Origin: Polyangiaceae bacterium
Lineage (GTDB): Bacteria > Myxococcota_A > Polyangia > Polyangiales > Polyangiaceae
Length of the DNA stretch: 64,000 nucleotides
Direction: 5' to 3'
NCBI GenBank assembly: GCA_033763455.1
Contig: JANRKO010000064.1
Coordinates: 1-64,000, forward strand
A program made the translations under genes and the position numbers. The notes below the pieces were generated by a model that saw nothing but the letters and a program-made list of their open reading frames with translations, was not told the origin of the DNA and ran no database searches. Below, piece after piece: positions 8,507 to 18,134 of the stretch; positions within the stretch are counted from its first letter, which is position 1; each line of letters starts with the position of its first letter.

Positions 8507-11500
8507 TCAATATGTGTACGATGCCGATATCGAGTAGTTAGCTCCCTCGGTGTATCGGTCTACCACGTTGTCGGAACGCTCCGATCGTCCCTGTGTCACG
8601 AGGAGCTCCGAGTTCAGGACGTCCTTAGCGGACACCTTGAGCTGTACTTGACGTGAGAGATCCTGAGACGCCACCAGGTCAATTCTATGCCGCGGGTGCT
8701 CATAAGCATCGGCCAGGCCGTTCGTCCCTACGTTAACGAGCCTCGCCCCCGATACGTTATAGAGGCCACGGATCGTGCTGCCGGCATGAGCGTATTCTAG
8801 TGCGAAGTTGGTCACGTATGGCGCTTGCTGTGCCATGGGACGATCCGCATTGGTTAAGACACGTGCGTCTTCTCCACCCAACACAATCTGTGAGGCTGCG
8901 AGTGTTAGATTCGCAATGGCAGTAATGTCTTGAAGATCCTTGGTTAGGAACTCAAGATTCTTACGCGCTTCGAGCTCAACGCCCACCAAATTTGCCCCTT
9001 GGGCGTTGCGAAACCCGTTTTGGTAACCATTGCCAGCCGGGAGGAGCGTGCTCTCGATCGGATCCTGAAAGCGCTTGTAGAAAAGGCTCGCCGCTAGCAC
9101 CTCGCGAAGGGTGGGAAAGAACTCTAGCCTCGCGTCTAGATTCGAAACGTAGGTGAGCTTGAGGTCCGGATTCCCGACCGTGAGCCGGCTCCCGTAGACT
9201 TCGCTGTACGCAGCCGGCGCAAGCTCCCGGAGCTGTGGCCGCGCTAGGGTTCGCGTTGCAGACACCCTGACCTTTGTCTTCTTAGAGAACTCGAACGAAC
9301 CGCTCAGGGCTGGCAGTAGATCAGTGCTCCGAATTTTGCCCTCGTTGACCTGAGGTGAAGTGCCAAACTGATCAAACGGTTGCACTGTCTGATGTGTCCG
9401 TTCGATGCGTTCACCAACCACCACCCGCAATCCTGGCAGAACGCCGAGCTCCGCCATCAGGTAGCCCGCATACACGCCCAAGGCACCCTCGTAGGAGTCG
9501 ACGGGAGAAGTCGACTCCTTCAACAGCACGTTGGTACCAATCTGATCACCACGCAGCACGTCATCAGCGCATGAATCGAAGTCGACACCAGAACAGCCGA
9601 AGCCACTACCGCCGCCAAACGCCAGCTTACGTGAACGAAACGTGCGGTCCTTCTGGCTGAGAAGCGTTCCCACCTTCACCTTGGAGTCTCGGCCGCCGAG
9701 TGGCTGGGAATAGTCCGCCTTCGCGCCTAAGGCCCGCTCGTTTTGGTAGGCCCAGAAATGACTTCCGCTGTCGTCTGCTTCGACATACGCCCATCCGGTC
9801 GCGCCTGCCTGCTGCTGAAAGGAAATGCCGCGCGTATCTGGCTGGGAGCGGCGGGCTCCGGAGATCGACCCCGTCCACGCGAGCTCACCTTTGTTGAGGC
9901 TGGGAAATGTGTGCTGACCGCGAAGTTGGGCGAAGTTGAGCGTTCTTTCCACAAACCGAAGGCTCGTATTGTTAACCTGTCCGTCAATCGATTCGTTATA
10001 GCCATTGAGGATCTGAGTAGCATCATCCGCGAGCTGGCTGTGAATGCCTATCAGAGTTAGCTTGTGATTCTTAGAGAAGGCATAACTCGCGCCACCAAAG
10101 GCTCCCCAGCTGACACTCTCTGTCCCGCTGTCGAGCTTGTAGTCGATCACGGCACGCCTGCCTCCAGGCACGAATTCTCGAAACTCGCGATCTTCGATCA
10201 CTTTGTAAGAGCGCCCGTAGTTGAAGGCTCCCAACACGCCTACCTTTCGGTCGCTGCTGAGCTTCCAACCGTCACCGATCACAACCGATAACCCTTGTTC
10301 GGGTGGCGTATACTCCCGTTTGGTGTGCATGAAGGTATTGATGCGCTGACTTGCGGCATCAATATCCCTCTGCGTGACCTGAGGAGTGCCACCACCCGCA
10401 TTGCCGACCGTAGGCTCCAGCTTGTAGCTCGGGAAATCCTTCGGCAGCGCTCGTGTACCGTCGTCCACCCCTAACCAGTCCCTGGATCCGCCCTCATAGC
10501 TAAGGCGATTCGTAAAGGTTGCTTGCGTATTGAAGCCAGCCGAGCCGCTCACCTGAAACAAGAACTTATCGGGCAGATCGCGAGTTTGAATGCGCACGGA
10601 GCCGCCGGCGAAATCAGCCGGGTAGTCCGGCGTGAACGTCTTCGCGATGGTGAGGCTGTCGATCACCATGGTTGGAAAGAGATCGAGAGGGACAGCGGCG
10701 CGATCCGGCTCAGGGCTCGGGAGCGGAGAATCATTGAGCAGTGCGTTCGAGTAACGCTCACCGAGGCCCCGAACGTACACAAAGCGATTACCGACAATAG
10801 TGGCACCCACCACGCGCTGCGCGGCCTGCGCTGCGTTCTTGTCGGGCGTTTTCGAAATTTCCACGCGCCCCACGCTATCACCTACGGCGGCAGATCGTTG
10901 GCGCGCCAAAATTTCGCCTTCGATTGTGGCGCGGTTGGCTTCGGTTTCGACTTCGATGGTGTCCACGTCGAGATCGCGAGATTCTACTTTGGTGTCGACC
11001 TTCAGCGTTTGGTCGGCGACCACGACGATACCATCCAAGCCCAGGCGTGGACCCTCAAAGAAGACCCGCAAGGAATACGTGCCCGGGCGCACTTCGATCT
11101 GAAACTTGCCGTCGAAGTCGCTCACAACTTTTTGGCCGGTTTGGAGCACCGTAACTTGGGCCTCAGGCAGCGGCTCCCCTCTATCGTCCACCACTTGGCC
11201 CCAGATAACGGCGCGGCCTTTTTTGGGGGGAACGAGCTTGAATTCGCCGCCCATGTCTTCTTCGCCGCCTTCGCCCGCGCCGCCTTCACCACCGGCACCA
11301 TCATCGCTACCCGCGGTGTCGGAAGCGCCAGGTGGAGCTGCCGGCGTACCGGAACCTGAAGTGGCGCCGGGCGTCGGCGTGCCAGGAGCCGCGGATGGAG
11401 CTACGGGAACTTCCTCGCCGCCCTCCTCCGTGCCTCCGTCGGAAGGCTCGTCAGCTGCGGCAGAAACATCACCCGCTGGAGCATCTTTGGGTGCCACGGC

Positions 11501-11656
11501 GTCTTTCGGCGCTGTATCCGTGGGAGCGGTCGCGTCCTTGGGAGCTGCTGCGTCCGGCGGTGGGGCCGCCGACTGGGCCATCAGGCGGGAAGACGTTAAG
11601 CTAAGGACAATAAGGGCACAGAGGGCTGGACGATGGAGGAGTCGCATTCTTGGCAT
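8507..11656 (-). CDS. TonB-dependent receptor with carboxypeptidase-regulatory-like N-terminal domain and a long Pro/Ala/Glu linker
   Basis: Signal peptide; IWGQVVDDRGEPLPEAQV...SDFDGKFQI; plug motif VYVRGLGERYSNALLN..PLPSPEPDRAAVPLDLFP; barrel motif GNPDLK; aromatic C-terminus ISASYTY. Start could be 11656 or 11647. Confidence 0.92.
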   Translation of the reverse strand: MPRMRLLHRPALCALIVLSLTSSRLMAQSAAPPPDAAAPKDATAPTDTAPKDAVAPKDAPAGDVSAAADEPSDGGTEEGGEEVPVAPSAAPGTPTPGATSGSGTPAAPPGASDTAGSDDGAGGEGGAGEGGEEDMGGEFKLVPPKKGRAVIWGQVVDDRGEPLPEAQVTVLQTGQKVVSDFDGKFQIEVRPGTYSLRVFFEGPRLGLDGIVVVADQTLKVDTKVESRDLDVDTIEVETEANRATIEGEILARQRSAAVGDSVGRVEISKTPDKNAAQAAQRVVGATIVGNRFVYVRGLGERYSNALLNDSPLPSPEPDRAAVPLDLFPTMVIDSLTIAKTFTPDYPADFAGGSVRIQTRDLPDKFLFQVSGSAGFNTQATFTNRLSYEGGSRDWLGVDDGTRALPKDFPSYKLEPTVGNAGGGTPQVTQRDIDAASQRINTFMHTKREYTPPEQGLSVVIGDGWKLSSDRKVGVLGAFNYGRSYKVIEDREFREFVPGGRRAVIDYKLDSGTESVSWGAFGGASYAFSKNHKLTLIGIHSQLADDATQILNGYNESIDGQVNNTSLRFVERTLNFAQLRGQHTFPSLNKGELAWTGSISGARRSQPDTRGISFQQQAGATGWAYVEADDSGSHFWAYQNERALGAKADYSQPLGGRDSKVKVGTLLSQKDRTFRSRKLAFGGGSGFGCSGVDFDSCADDVLRGDQIGTNVLLKESTSPVDSYEGALGVYAGYLMAELGVLPGLRVVVGERIERTHQTVQPFDQFGTSPQVNEGKIRSTDLLPALSGSFEFSKKTKVRVSATRTLARPQLRELAPAAYSEVYGSRLTVGNPDLKLTYVSNLDARLEFFPTLREVLAASLFYKRFQDPIESTLLPAGNGYQNGFRNAQGANLVGVELEARKNLEFLTKDLQDITAIANLTLAASQIVLGGEDARVLTNADRPMAQQAPYVTNFALEYAHAGSTIRGLYNVSGARLVNVGTNGLADAYEHPRHRIDLVASQDLSRQVQLKVSAKDVLNSELLVTQGRSERSDNVVDRYTEGANYSISASYTY

Positions 11657-11734
11657 CGCGGAGTAAGGGGTATCTAACGACAAAGGTCCGTACAGGTGTT
11701 CGTGGGAAGGAACCCTAAGGCGGTGAGTGGTCGG

Positions 11735-12172
11735 CTACTTAACGACTTTTTGCGTGAGGATGGCTATCGAGCGGGCACCGCCGCTCCTAGAGAGATCCAT
11801 CGCTTCCACTGCGACGCCGTAAGGCACGTCGTCGTGCGCGTCGAAATACAGAACTTTTTGATGTTTGGCGGCCAAAAAGCGCGGCAAACGCGACTTCAGC
11901 TCTTCTTTTTTGACCACCGTCTTGTTGATGCGGATAACGCCGCCTTTATCCACGGTAAGAACGAGCGGCTCAGCAGAGGGATTCGGCACTACTGGCTGGT
12001 TGGTGTCGTCTTGCTTGGGTAAATTGAGCCAAAATGTTTTCGTCATTAGCGGGGTAACCACCATGAAGATGATCAGAACCACTAGCGTTACGTCGACCAG
12101 CGGCGTCACATTCACCGTCGGCACGGGCCTGGGTTTCCCACCACCGCCGCCTGCGGAGATACTCATGCCCAT
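11735..12172 (-). CDS. exbD: ExbD/TolR family protein
   Basis: NVTPLVDVTLVVLIIFMV transmembrane motif with the conserved Asp. Confidence 0.92.
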   Translation of the reverse strand: MGMSISAGGGGGKPRPVPTVNVTPLVDVTLVVLIIFMVVTPLMTKTFWLNLPKQDDTNQPVVPNPSAEPLVLTVDKGGVIRINKTVVKKEELKSRLPRFLAAKHQKVLYFDAHDDVPYGVAVEAMDLSRSGGARSIAILTQKVVK

Positions 12173-12217
12173 GGGCTTACTACCTTTCGCAAGTGAATTT
12201 CGCTGACGCGAGACACT

Positions 12218-12658
12218 TTAGGAAGCACCGCCCCCAGCCTTTCGTTCCATCACCTTGAGGCTCACGCCGGGAAACCCAATCTTCTGCAGCATGGCCAAGT
12301 TCTCGCGTACCTTCTTGTAAGGGATCCGCTCGTCTGTCTTGAGCATCACGTTGCGTTCTGGATCCGCTGCGTGGAGCTTCACGAGCAATGGGCGCACGCC
12401 ACTTTCGTCCAGCACCTGCTTATCCACCAAGTACTTCCCACCATAGGCCATCGCCACGTCGATGGGATTCATGTCTTTAGGCTTGGGATCTGGCTGAAAG
12501 ATGGAAGGCAACTCGATGTGTTCGCCCTCGTTCAATGCAGGGGCAATCACCATGAAGATAATGAGCAGAACCAGAACAACGTCCACCAACGGTGTGACGT
12601 TCATTTCCGGCTCAGGCCGCTTCTTGTTCGATCGCCCGGTCGTGAGATTGACGCCCAT
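12218..12658 (-). CDS. exbD: ExbD/TolR family protein (second paralog)
   Basis: MNVTPLVDVVLVLLIIFMV motif; start set at the ATG at 12658 (MGVNL), overlapping exbB by 47 bp. Confidence 0.9.
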   Translation of the reverse strand: MGVNLTTGRSNKKRPEPEMNVTPLVDVVLVLLIIFMVIAPALNEGEHIELPSIFQPDPKPKDMNPIDVAMAYGGKYLVDKQVLDESGVRPLLVKLHAADPERNVMLKTDERIPYKKVRENLAMLQKIGFPGVSLKVMERKAGGGAS

Positions 12659-13319
12659 GATGATTCTCCAGATCGTCCAGAAGCTCGCCAACCGATCGCG
12701 CCAACGCCGTTTCAATGGAGTTAACGCGAGCGGTGAGGTAGTTAAAAAACAGCACGGCCGGGATGGCGACCATGAGACCAAACGCAGTTTCGATCAGTGC
12801 CTCGGAAATGCCTGAGGAAACAGCACCAAGTCCACCCGAGCCGGTAGATGCGATACCTTGGAAGGCCGCGATGATACCTACAACCGTGCCGAGTAGACCC
12901 ACGAACGGGGCCACCGAACCTACGGAAGCAAGAATGCCTGTCCCACGGCGCAGCTCCTCGCCGATGGCCTCCTGCCGACGTGCAGCCTCGCTGCGCGCGA
13001 GATCTACGGGGTGAACGTTGCCATTCTCTTGATCGTCTGCGGCGGAGAGGTATTTCTCAATGACTGCGCCGAAAAGCTTGGCCAGTGCAGAATGCTTGAA
13101 CTTCTCGCTCTGCAGTAAGATTTCCTCGATGTTCCACTTGTCGAGCAGGGGCGCCATCACCTTGGCAAATGCGGCAGATTCCTTCGCCGAGCGGTACATG
13201 GCGAGGCTTCGCTCCACGACCACGGCGATACTCGCGATGCCCATACACATGAGCGTAAAGGCGATGCTTTTCGCCAAAATGCTCATGGAGCCCCAAATGT
13301 GAACTAGATCAAAACTCAT
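12612..13319 (-). CDS. exbB: ExbB/TolQ/MotA proton channel protein
   Basis: APFVGLLGTVVGII and GISEALIETAFGLMVAIPA motifs; GAGGAG RBS. Confidence 0.93.
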   Translation of the reverse strand: MSFDLVHIWGSMSILAKSIAFTLMCMGIASIAVVVERSLAMYRSAKESAAFAKVMAPLLDKWNIEEILLQSEKFKHSALAKLFGAVIEKYLSAADDQENGNVHPVDLARSEAARRQEAIGEELRRGTGILASVGSVAPFVGLLGTVVGIIAAFQGIASTGSGGLGAVSSGISEALIETAFGLMVAIPAVLFFNYLTARVNSIETALARSVGELLDDLENHHGRQSHDRAIEQEAA

Positions 13320-13360
13320 AACGCTTCTCCTCGGTCTTTCGCTTAATTAGAAGGGCTCTC

Positions 13361-14107
13361 TTAGGTGGTGATGCGGAACGGGAAACGAGCAATCCTGAAC
13401 ACTGCCACGGGACGCCCCTCATACATCGCAGGCTCAAACGTCCATTGCGACACGGCATCAATGCAGGCCTGCCGCAACTCAGCGGGGCCCCGCACCACCT
13501 GCACGTTCGTGACCTTGCCAGTCTCTGTTACAACATACTTGATAATGACGGTGCCTTCGATACCCGCCTGTTTGGCTGAGCTCGGGTACGAAGGAGCGCC
13601 TTGGCTGAGGGATTTCGGGGGCGTGACGTTTTCGGTGACACGCATCGGCCCGCGAGGAACAGCTTTCGGCGGCGGAGGCGGCGCGGGCTTCTCTTCCACC
13701 TTGGGGGGAGCTCGGCGTGCCCCGGAGGACACCACACCGTTGGCGTAAGGATCCCCTTCATAGGGATTTGAATCGGTGGGCTCGGCTTCGGTGAGCGGAG
13801 CATCGGAAACCTCGGTGGGAGGCTTCAAACTGGGCATCACGCGCTGATTCACGGGCGGCGGAGGTTGATTGGCAACCGGAGGCGGTTCTGGCTCAGGCTC
13901 GGGCTCAAGTTCCGGCTCAGGCTCGGGCGCCTCAGCAAGTTTCACTTCGAGCACCTTTTCGTCTGCAGGCTCGGCCTCAACGGGCGCAGCTAGAAAGGAG
14001 ACCGCTACCACCCCAGCAATGATCGCTGCACCCAGCATTCCCCCCATTGCGAGGCGCCAGCGCCTAAGCCGATCCACTCCGTGCGTGGTCCAAACCGCGA
14101 TGTCCAT
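13361..14107 (-). CDS. tonB: TonB family energy transducer
   Basis: N-terminal TM helix, EP/Pro-rich linker, C-terminal YPSSAKQAGIEGTV...W.FEPA TonB_C domain. Confidence 0.9.
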   Translation of the reverse strand: MDIAVWTTHGVDRLRRWRLAMGGMLGAAIIAGVVAVSFLAAPVEAEPADEKVLEVKLAEAPEPEPELEPEPEPEPPPVANQPPPPVNQRVMPSLKPPTEVSDAPLTEAEPTDSNPYEGDPYANGVVSSGARRAPPKVEEKPAPPPPPKAVPRGPMRVTENVTPPKSLSQGAPSYPSSAKQAGIEGTVIIKYVVTETGKVTNVQVVRGPAELRQACIDAVSQWTFEPAMYEGRPVAVFRIARFPFRITT

Positions 14108-14133
14108 TCAGGGGCGGAGCTTGCTCAGAGTGT

Positions 14134-14171
14134 GTGACATGCGCGTGACGCCACGGGAAATTGACCGTGAA
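14134..14171 (-). promoter_or_regulatory. Putative Pho box upstream of the tonB operon
   Basis: Minus strand TTCAC-ggtcaa-TTTCC-cgtggc-GTCAC-gcgcat-GTCAC at 11-bp pitch, 26 bp before the tonB start. Confidence 0.65.
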
Positions 14172-14299
14172 GCAAGCTGGCCGCATTTTTCGCAAGGATC
14201 TTAAAGTTGTGACACACAAACGCCTCATGATCGTCATGAAACCGGGGCGCGCGTGGCGACCCGCCCCCAGAAAGCACTCACCCCACAGGTGCTACGGTG

Positions 14300-14318
14300 C
14301 TGTCACCTTGAGGTCACA
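14300..14318 (+). promoter_or_regulatory. Putative Pho box upstream of phoB (first copy)
   Basis: CTGTCACcttgagGTCACa, with GTCAC at 14302 and 14313. Confidence 0.7.
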
Positions 14319-14347
14319 CTTCAGCAGTATGCCGTCATTCGTAAGTG

Positions 14348-15043
14348 ATGACCCAGATCCTGGTCGTGGAGGACGAACGCGATATCGCGGATGTCCTAGA
14401 CTACAATTTGACTAATGCCGGCTACGAAGTCTTGGCGGCAGCATGCGGTCAAGATGGGCTCAAATTAGCTCGTGCAAGAAAGCCTGATTTGGTGCTGCTC
14501 GATCTGATGTTGCCTGATATTTCAGGGACGGAAGTTTGTCGCGCACTCAAGGACGATCCGAACACGCGCGGTTTACCTGTTATCATGGTCTCGGCGCGCG
14601 GGGAGGAGATAGACCGCGTAGTTGGCTTCGAGCTCGGCGTGGAAGATTACGTCACCAAGCCGTTTAGTATGCGCGAGCTGCTGTTGCGCATTAAGGCCGT
14701 CCTCCGCCGGCAGAGCCCAAAGGGGGAAGTCTCTGGTCAGTTTCTGGAGTTCGGGGAGTTACGCATCGATCTGGGCGCCCATCGAGTTTGGGTCCGGGAG
14801 GTTGAGGTGGAGCTCACCGCGATTGAGTTCAAGCTTCTCACCACCCTCCACGATCGCCAAAACCGCGTTCAGTCGAGGGCGGCCCTGCTCGACCACGTTT
14901 GGGGGATGGATACCAAGGTCACCACCCGGACGGTGGACGCACACGTCAAGCGCCTCCGCCAGAAGCTGGGGGCTGCCCGTGACTATGTGGAGACGGTTCG
15001 GGGGGTGGGGTATCGATTCGCCGAAGCCCCCCTGGCTTCCTGA
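14348..15043 (+). CDS. phoB: OmpR/PhoB family response regulator heading the pst operon
   Basis: VEDE, LLDLMLP, KPF receiver motifs; RTVDAHVKRLRQKL and ETVRGVGY winged helix; adjacent to pstS. Confidence 0.9.
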   Translation: MTQILVVEDERDIADVLDYNLTNAGYEVLAAACGQDGLKLARARKPDLVLLDLMLPDISGTEVCRALKDDPNTRGLPVIMVSARGEEIDRVVGFELGVEDYVTKPFSMRELLLRIKAVLRRQSPKGEVSGQFLEFGELRIDLGAHRVWVREVEVELTAIEFKLLTTLHDRQNRVQSRAALLDHVWGMDTKVTTRTVDAHVKRLRQKLGAARDYVETVRGVGYRFAEAPLAS

Positions 15044-15101
15044 CAGCCATGGCCGTGCATAAAATCTGCGCATTTTTCCCGAACTTTGCGGGATTAGCCC
15101 G

Positions 15102-15131
15102 TTGTCACAGAAACGTCACACAGGTGTTGCA
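15102..15131 (+). promoter_or_regulatory. Putative Pho box upstream of pstS
   Basis: ttGTCACAgaaacGTCACAcaggtGTTGCA, half-sites at 15104, 15115 and 15126. Confidence 0.8.
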
Positions 15132-15175
15132 GCCTGGCCTTCCTGGCTCGGCCGGGGGTTGGTAGGAGCACCCGC

Positions 15176-16270
15176 ATGATTCGACGAACCCTTCTGGCGA
15201 CATTGGCTACGGCCCTATTGGCGGTTGTTGGCTGCTCTAAATCTGAGGCTCCGGGCGGTACCGGTCCCGGGGCACCCCCTCCGGCCCCAGCCGGCCCAGT
15301 CAAGCTCACGGGGGCCGGGGCTACCTTCCCCTATCCCCTCTACTCGAAGTGGATGGATGAGTACCGGAAGCTTAAGCCGGGCGTTCAAATCAACTATCAG
15401 TCGATCGGTTCGGGCGGTGGCATCCGCCAAGTGATCGCCGGCACCGTCGACTTCGGCGCCACCGACGCGCCTATGAATGATGAGGAGGCGAAGAAAGCTC
15501 CTCACAAGTTGTTCCACCTACCGATGACGCTCGGAGCCGTAGCGGTCGTGTACAACGTGGCAGAGCTCAAAGCACCTCTCAAGCTGACACCCGATGTTCT
15601 CGTCGACATCTACCTCGGCAAGATCACCAAGTGGAACGACGCTCGCCTCAAGGCTTTGAATGAAGGCGCCGCGCTTCCTGCCGCAGACATTCGTGTCGTT
15701 TCACGCAGCGACGGCAGCGGAACCACGGCAGTATTCACTGATTATTTGGGCACCGTAAGCCCTGAATGGAAAGAGAAAGTTGGCGTCGGCAAGAGCGTGA
15801 AGTGGCCTGTTGGCCTTTCTGCCAAAGGCAATGAGGGCGTTTCCGGCAGCGTTAGCACCACGCCCGGTTCTATTGGCTACGCCGAGCTTGCGTACGCGCT
15901 CCAGACTGGGCTTTCGATGGCAGCGCTGAAGAGCGTCGTTGGCGAATTTGTTACCCCAAGCATCGAAGCCGTCACCGCTGCTGCTGAAGGCGTCGAACTT
16001 CCCGATTCACTGCACGTTTCGATCGTGAATTCTGCCGCACCTAAGGCCTATCCGATCAGCTCGTACACGTACCTTCTGGTCTACGAAGATATGCCGGACG
16101 CCGCCAAGGCGCAGGCACTCAGCGAATTTTTGTGGTGGGCCATCCACGACGGCCAAAAACTGTCAGGAACGCTGCACTACGCTCCGCTCCCCGCAAAGGC
16201 CATCGGCAAGATCGAGGCTCGGCTGAAAGAGCTCAAATCAGGAGGAAAATCTCTACTTGGGAGCCCTTGA
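15176..16270 (+). CDS. pstS: Phosphate ABC transporter substrate-binding lipoprotein
   Basis: GAGATFPYPLY, YQSIGSGGG, RSDGSGTT, GNEGV motifs; lipobox VVG-C; AGGAG RBS. Confidence 0.97.
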   Translation: MIRRTLLATLATALLAVVGCSKSEAPGGTGPGAPPPAPAGPVKLTGAGATFPYPLYSKWMDEYRKLKPGVQINYQSIGSGGGIRQVIAGTVDFGATDAPMNDEEAKKAPHKLFHLPMTLGAVAVVYNVAELKAPLKLTPDVLVDIYLGKITKWNDARLKALNEGAALPAADIRVVSRSDGSGTTAVFTDYLGTVSPEWKEKVGVGKSVKWPVGLSAKGNEGVSGSVSTTPGSIGYAELAYALQTGLSMAALKSVVGEFVTPSIEAVTAAAEGVELPDSLHVSIVNSAAPKAYPISSYTYLLVYEDMPDAAKAQALSEFLWWAIHDGQKLSGTLHYAPLPAKAIGKIEARLKELKSGGKSLLGSP

Positions 16271-16296
16271 CGGGCGACTGAGCTAGACAGCGGCCC

Positions 16297-17280
16297 ATGG
16301 CCACGCACCACGAAAGTCTCGTCCGTCCCCGTCCTAAGTGGCTCAAGCCATTTGGGAGTGAGGTGAATTGGGGCGATGCGATCTTTCGCACGCTGACACT
16401 GCTATTTGCTCTGGTCGTGGTGGCCGCCCTCGCAGGCATGGCTGTGCAGATGTTGAAGGCCTCCAAGCTGAGCCTGGCGACGTTTGGCCTTGGCTTCATC
16501 ACATCCACGTCGTGGGATCCTGTACAAGATCAGTTCGGTGCGCTCCCGTTCATTTTTGGGACGGTTGTCTCTTCGCTGTTGGCGCTGGTGCTGGCCGTCC
16601 CAGTCTCTTTGGGGATCGCCGTCTTCCTGACCGAGATGTGCCCGGCCTGGCTCAAGAACCCGGTGGCCTTCTTGATTGAGCTGCTTGCTGCCGTGCCGAG
16701 CGTTGTGTACGGGCTCTGGGGCATTTTTGCATTGGCTCCTTTCATGCGCGAGGTGGTGGAACCCGCACTCGAAGCAACTCTGGGCTTTTTGCCCTTTTTC
16801 CAAGGGCCGGCACAAGGGTTTGGAATGCTGACCGGAGCGGTGATTTTGGCCATTATGATCACCCCTACCGTCTCTTCCGTGAGCCGCGAGGTATTGAATG
16901 CAGTGCCCAGCACCTTACGGGAGGGTTCCTACGCCCTCGGGGCTACGCGCTGGGAAACGCTGCGCACCGTCATTCTGCCCTTCGCGCGTTCGGGGTTGGT
17001 GGGCGCCACTATCTTGGGGCTCGGGCGTGCCCTCGGGGAAACCATGGCTATCACCATGGTGATCGGCAACCGTCCGCAGATGAGCGCGTCGCTTTTTGCG
17101 CCGTCGTATACGATGGCAAGCGTGATCGCGAACGAGTTCACGGAGGCAACGGGCGACCTCTACCTTTCAGCCCTCGCCGAAATTGGATTCTTGCTGTTTG
17201 CCGTCACGCTTATCTTAAATATTGTTGCCCGCGCCTTGGTCTGGCGGGTAGCACGCCTGCCTGCGGGGGGTAGGTTATGA
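16297..17280 (+). CDS. pstC: Phosphate ABC transporter permease
   Basis: ELLAAVPSVVYGLWG, ALGATRWE and GRALGETMA motifs. Confidence 0.97.
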   Translation: MATHHESLVRPRPKWLKPFGSEVNWGDAIFRTLTLLFALVVVAALAGMAVQMLKASKLSLATFGLGFITSTSWDPVQDQFGALPFIFGTVVSSLLALVLAVPVSLGIAVFLTEMCPAWLKNPVAFLIELLAAVPSVVYGLWGIFALAPFMREVVEPALEATLGFLPFFQGPAQGFGMLTGAVILAIMITPTVSSVSREVLNAVPSTLREGSYALGATRWETLRTVILPFARSGLVGATILGLGRALGETMAITMVIGNRPQMSASLFAPSYTMASVIANEFTEATGDLYLSALAEIGFLLFAVTLILNIVARALVWRVARLPAGGRL

Positions 17281-18134
17281 GCCGCATTACCGGCGAACAC
17301 CACGCTCTCAGGAAGTTTACGAATGCAGCCTTCAGCGCCGCATGCGTGGTTGCCACAGTGATCGCTGTAGTTCCGCTATTTGGCATTCTCTATTACGTGG
17401 CAGCACGGGGCATGCAAGGCATCAACTGGGATTTCTTCACCCAATTGCCCAAGCCCGTGGGGGAAACCGGCGGCGGCATGGCCAACGGCATCTTGGGCAC
17501 GCTCAAGCTCGTGGGGTTGGCCTCGGTGATGGGCATTCCCCCAGGGGTACTCGCCGGAGTGTACCTAGCGGAGTTTGGTCAAACCCGTATGGGCTCGGTG
17601 GTGCGGTTTTCGGCGGACGTATTGTCGGGCATTCCCTCCATCACGGTAGGTATCTTCATTTATTCGCTGGTGGTGCTCACCACGAAAACCTTCTCCACCA
17701 TTGCCGGAGCTCTTGCGCTTGCCGTGATCATGTTGCCGACGGTCACCCGCACGACCGAGGAACTCCTACGCCTGGTGCCAGAGTCCCTGCGAGAAGCGGC
17801 CCTCGGGCTCGGCGTCCCCAAGTGGCGCGCCACACTGCGAGTCATGCTCCGCACTGCTGCTCCTGGAATTGCCGTGGGCATCATGTTGGCCGTGGCTCGC
17901 GTGGCCGGAGAAACAGCTCCGCTGCTCTTCACGGCCTTCAGCAATCGGTTCTGGTCGGATAGCCTGCTCGAACCTACCGCCTCGTTGCCAGTGCAAATCT
18001 ACACCTATGCCGTTTCGCCCTTCGAAGATTGGCACCGCCAGGCCTGGGCTGCGGCACTCGTTCTCGTTAGCCTGGTGTTGATTCTCAACATCTCGGCGCG
18101 TCTCCTCGTTCGAAACCGTGTGAGAAAGCAATGA
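17277..18134 (+). CDS. pstA: Phosphate ABC transporter permease
   Basis: [14 protein letters not shown] and [13 protein letters not shown] motifs; ATGA overlap with pstC. Confidence 0.97.
   Translation: MSRITGEHHALRKFTNAAFSAACVVATVIAVVPLFGILYYVAARGMQGINWDFFTQLPKPVGETGGGMANGILGTLKLVGLASVMGIPPGVLAGVYLAEFGQTRMGSVVRFSADVLSGIPSITVGIFIYSLVVLTTKTFSTIAGALALAVIMLPTVTRTTEELLRLVPESLREAALGLGVPKWRATLRVMLRTAAPGIAVGIMLAVARVAGETAPLLFTAFSNRFWSDSLLEPTASLPVQIYTYAVSPFEDWHRQAWAAALVLVSLVLILNISARLLVRNRVRKQ

Noticed and set aside
7327..11666. Long + strand ORFs (7327-8169, 10523-11359, 11106-11666)
   Set aside because: Antisense shadows of well-supported minus-strand genes in GC-rich DNA, with no recognisable motifs.
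11735..14107. AglRQS/Glt gliding machinery
   Set aside because: Direct linkage to a TBDR, a canonical TonB_C protein and a Pho-like box favours an uptake role; no glt genes are nearby.
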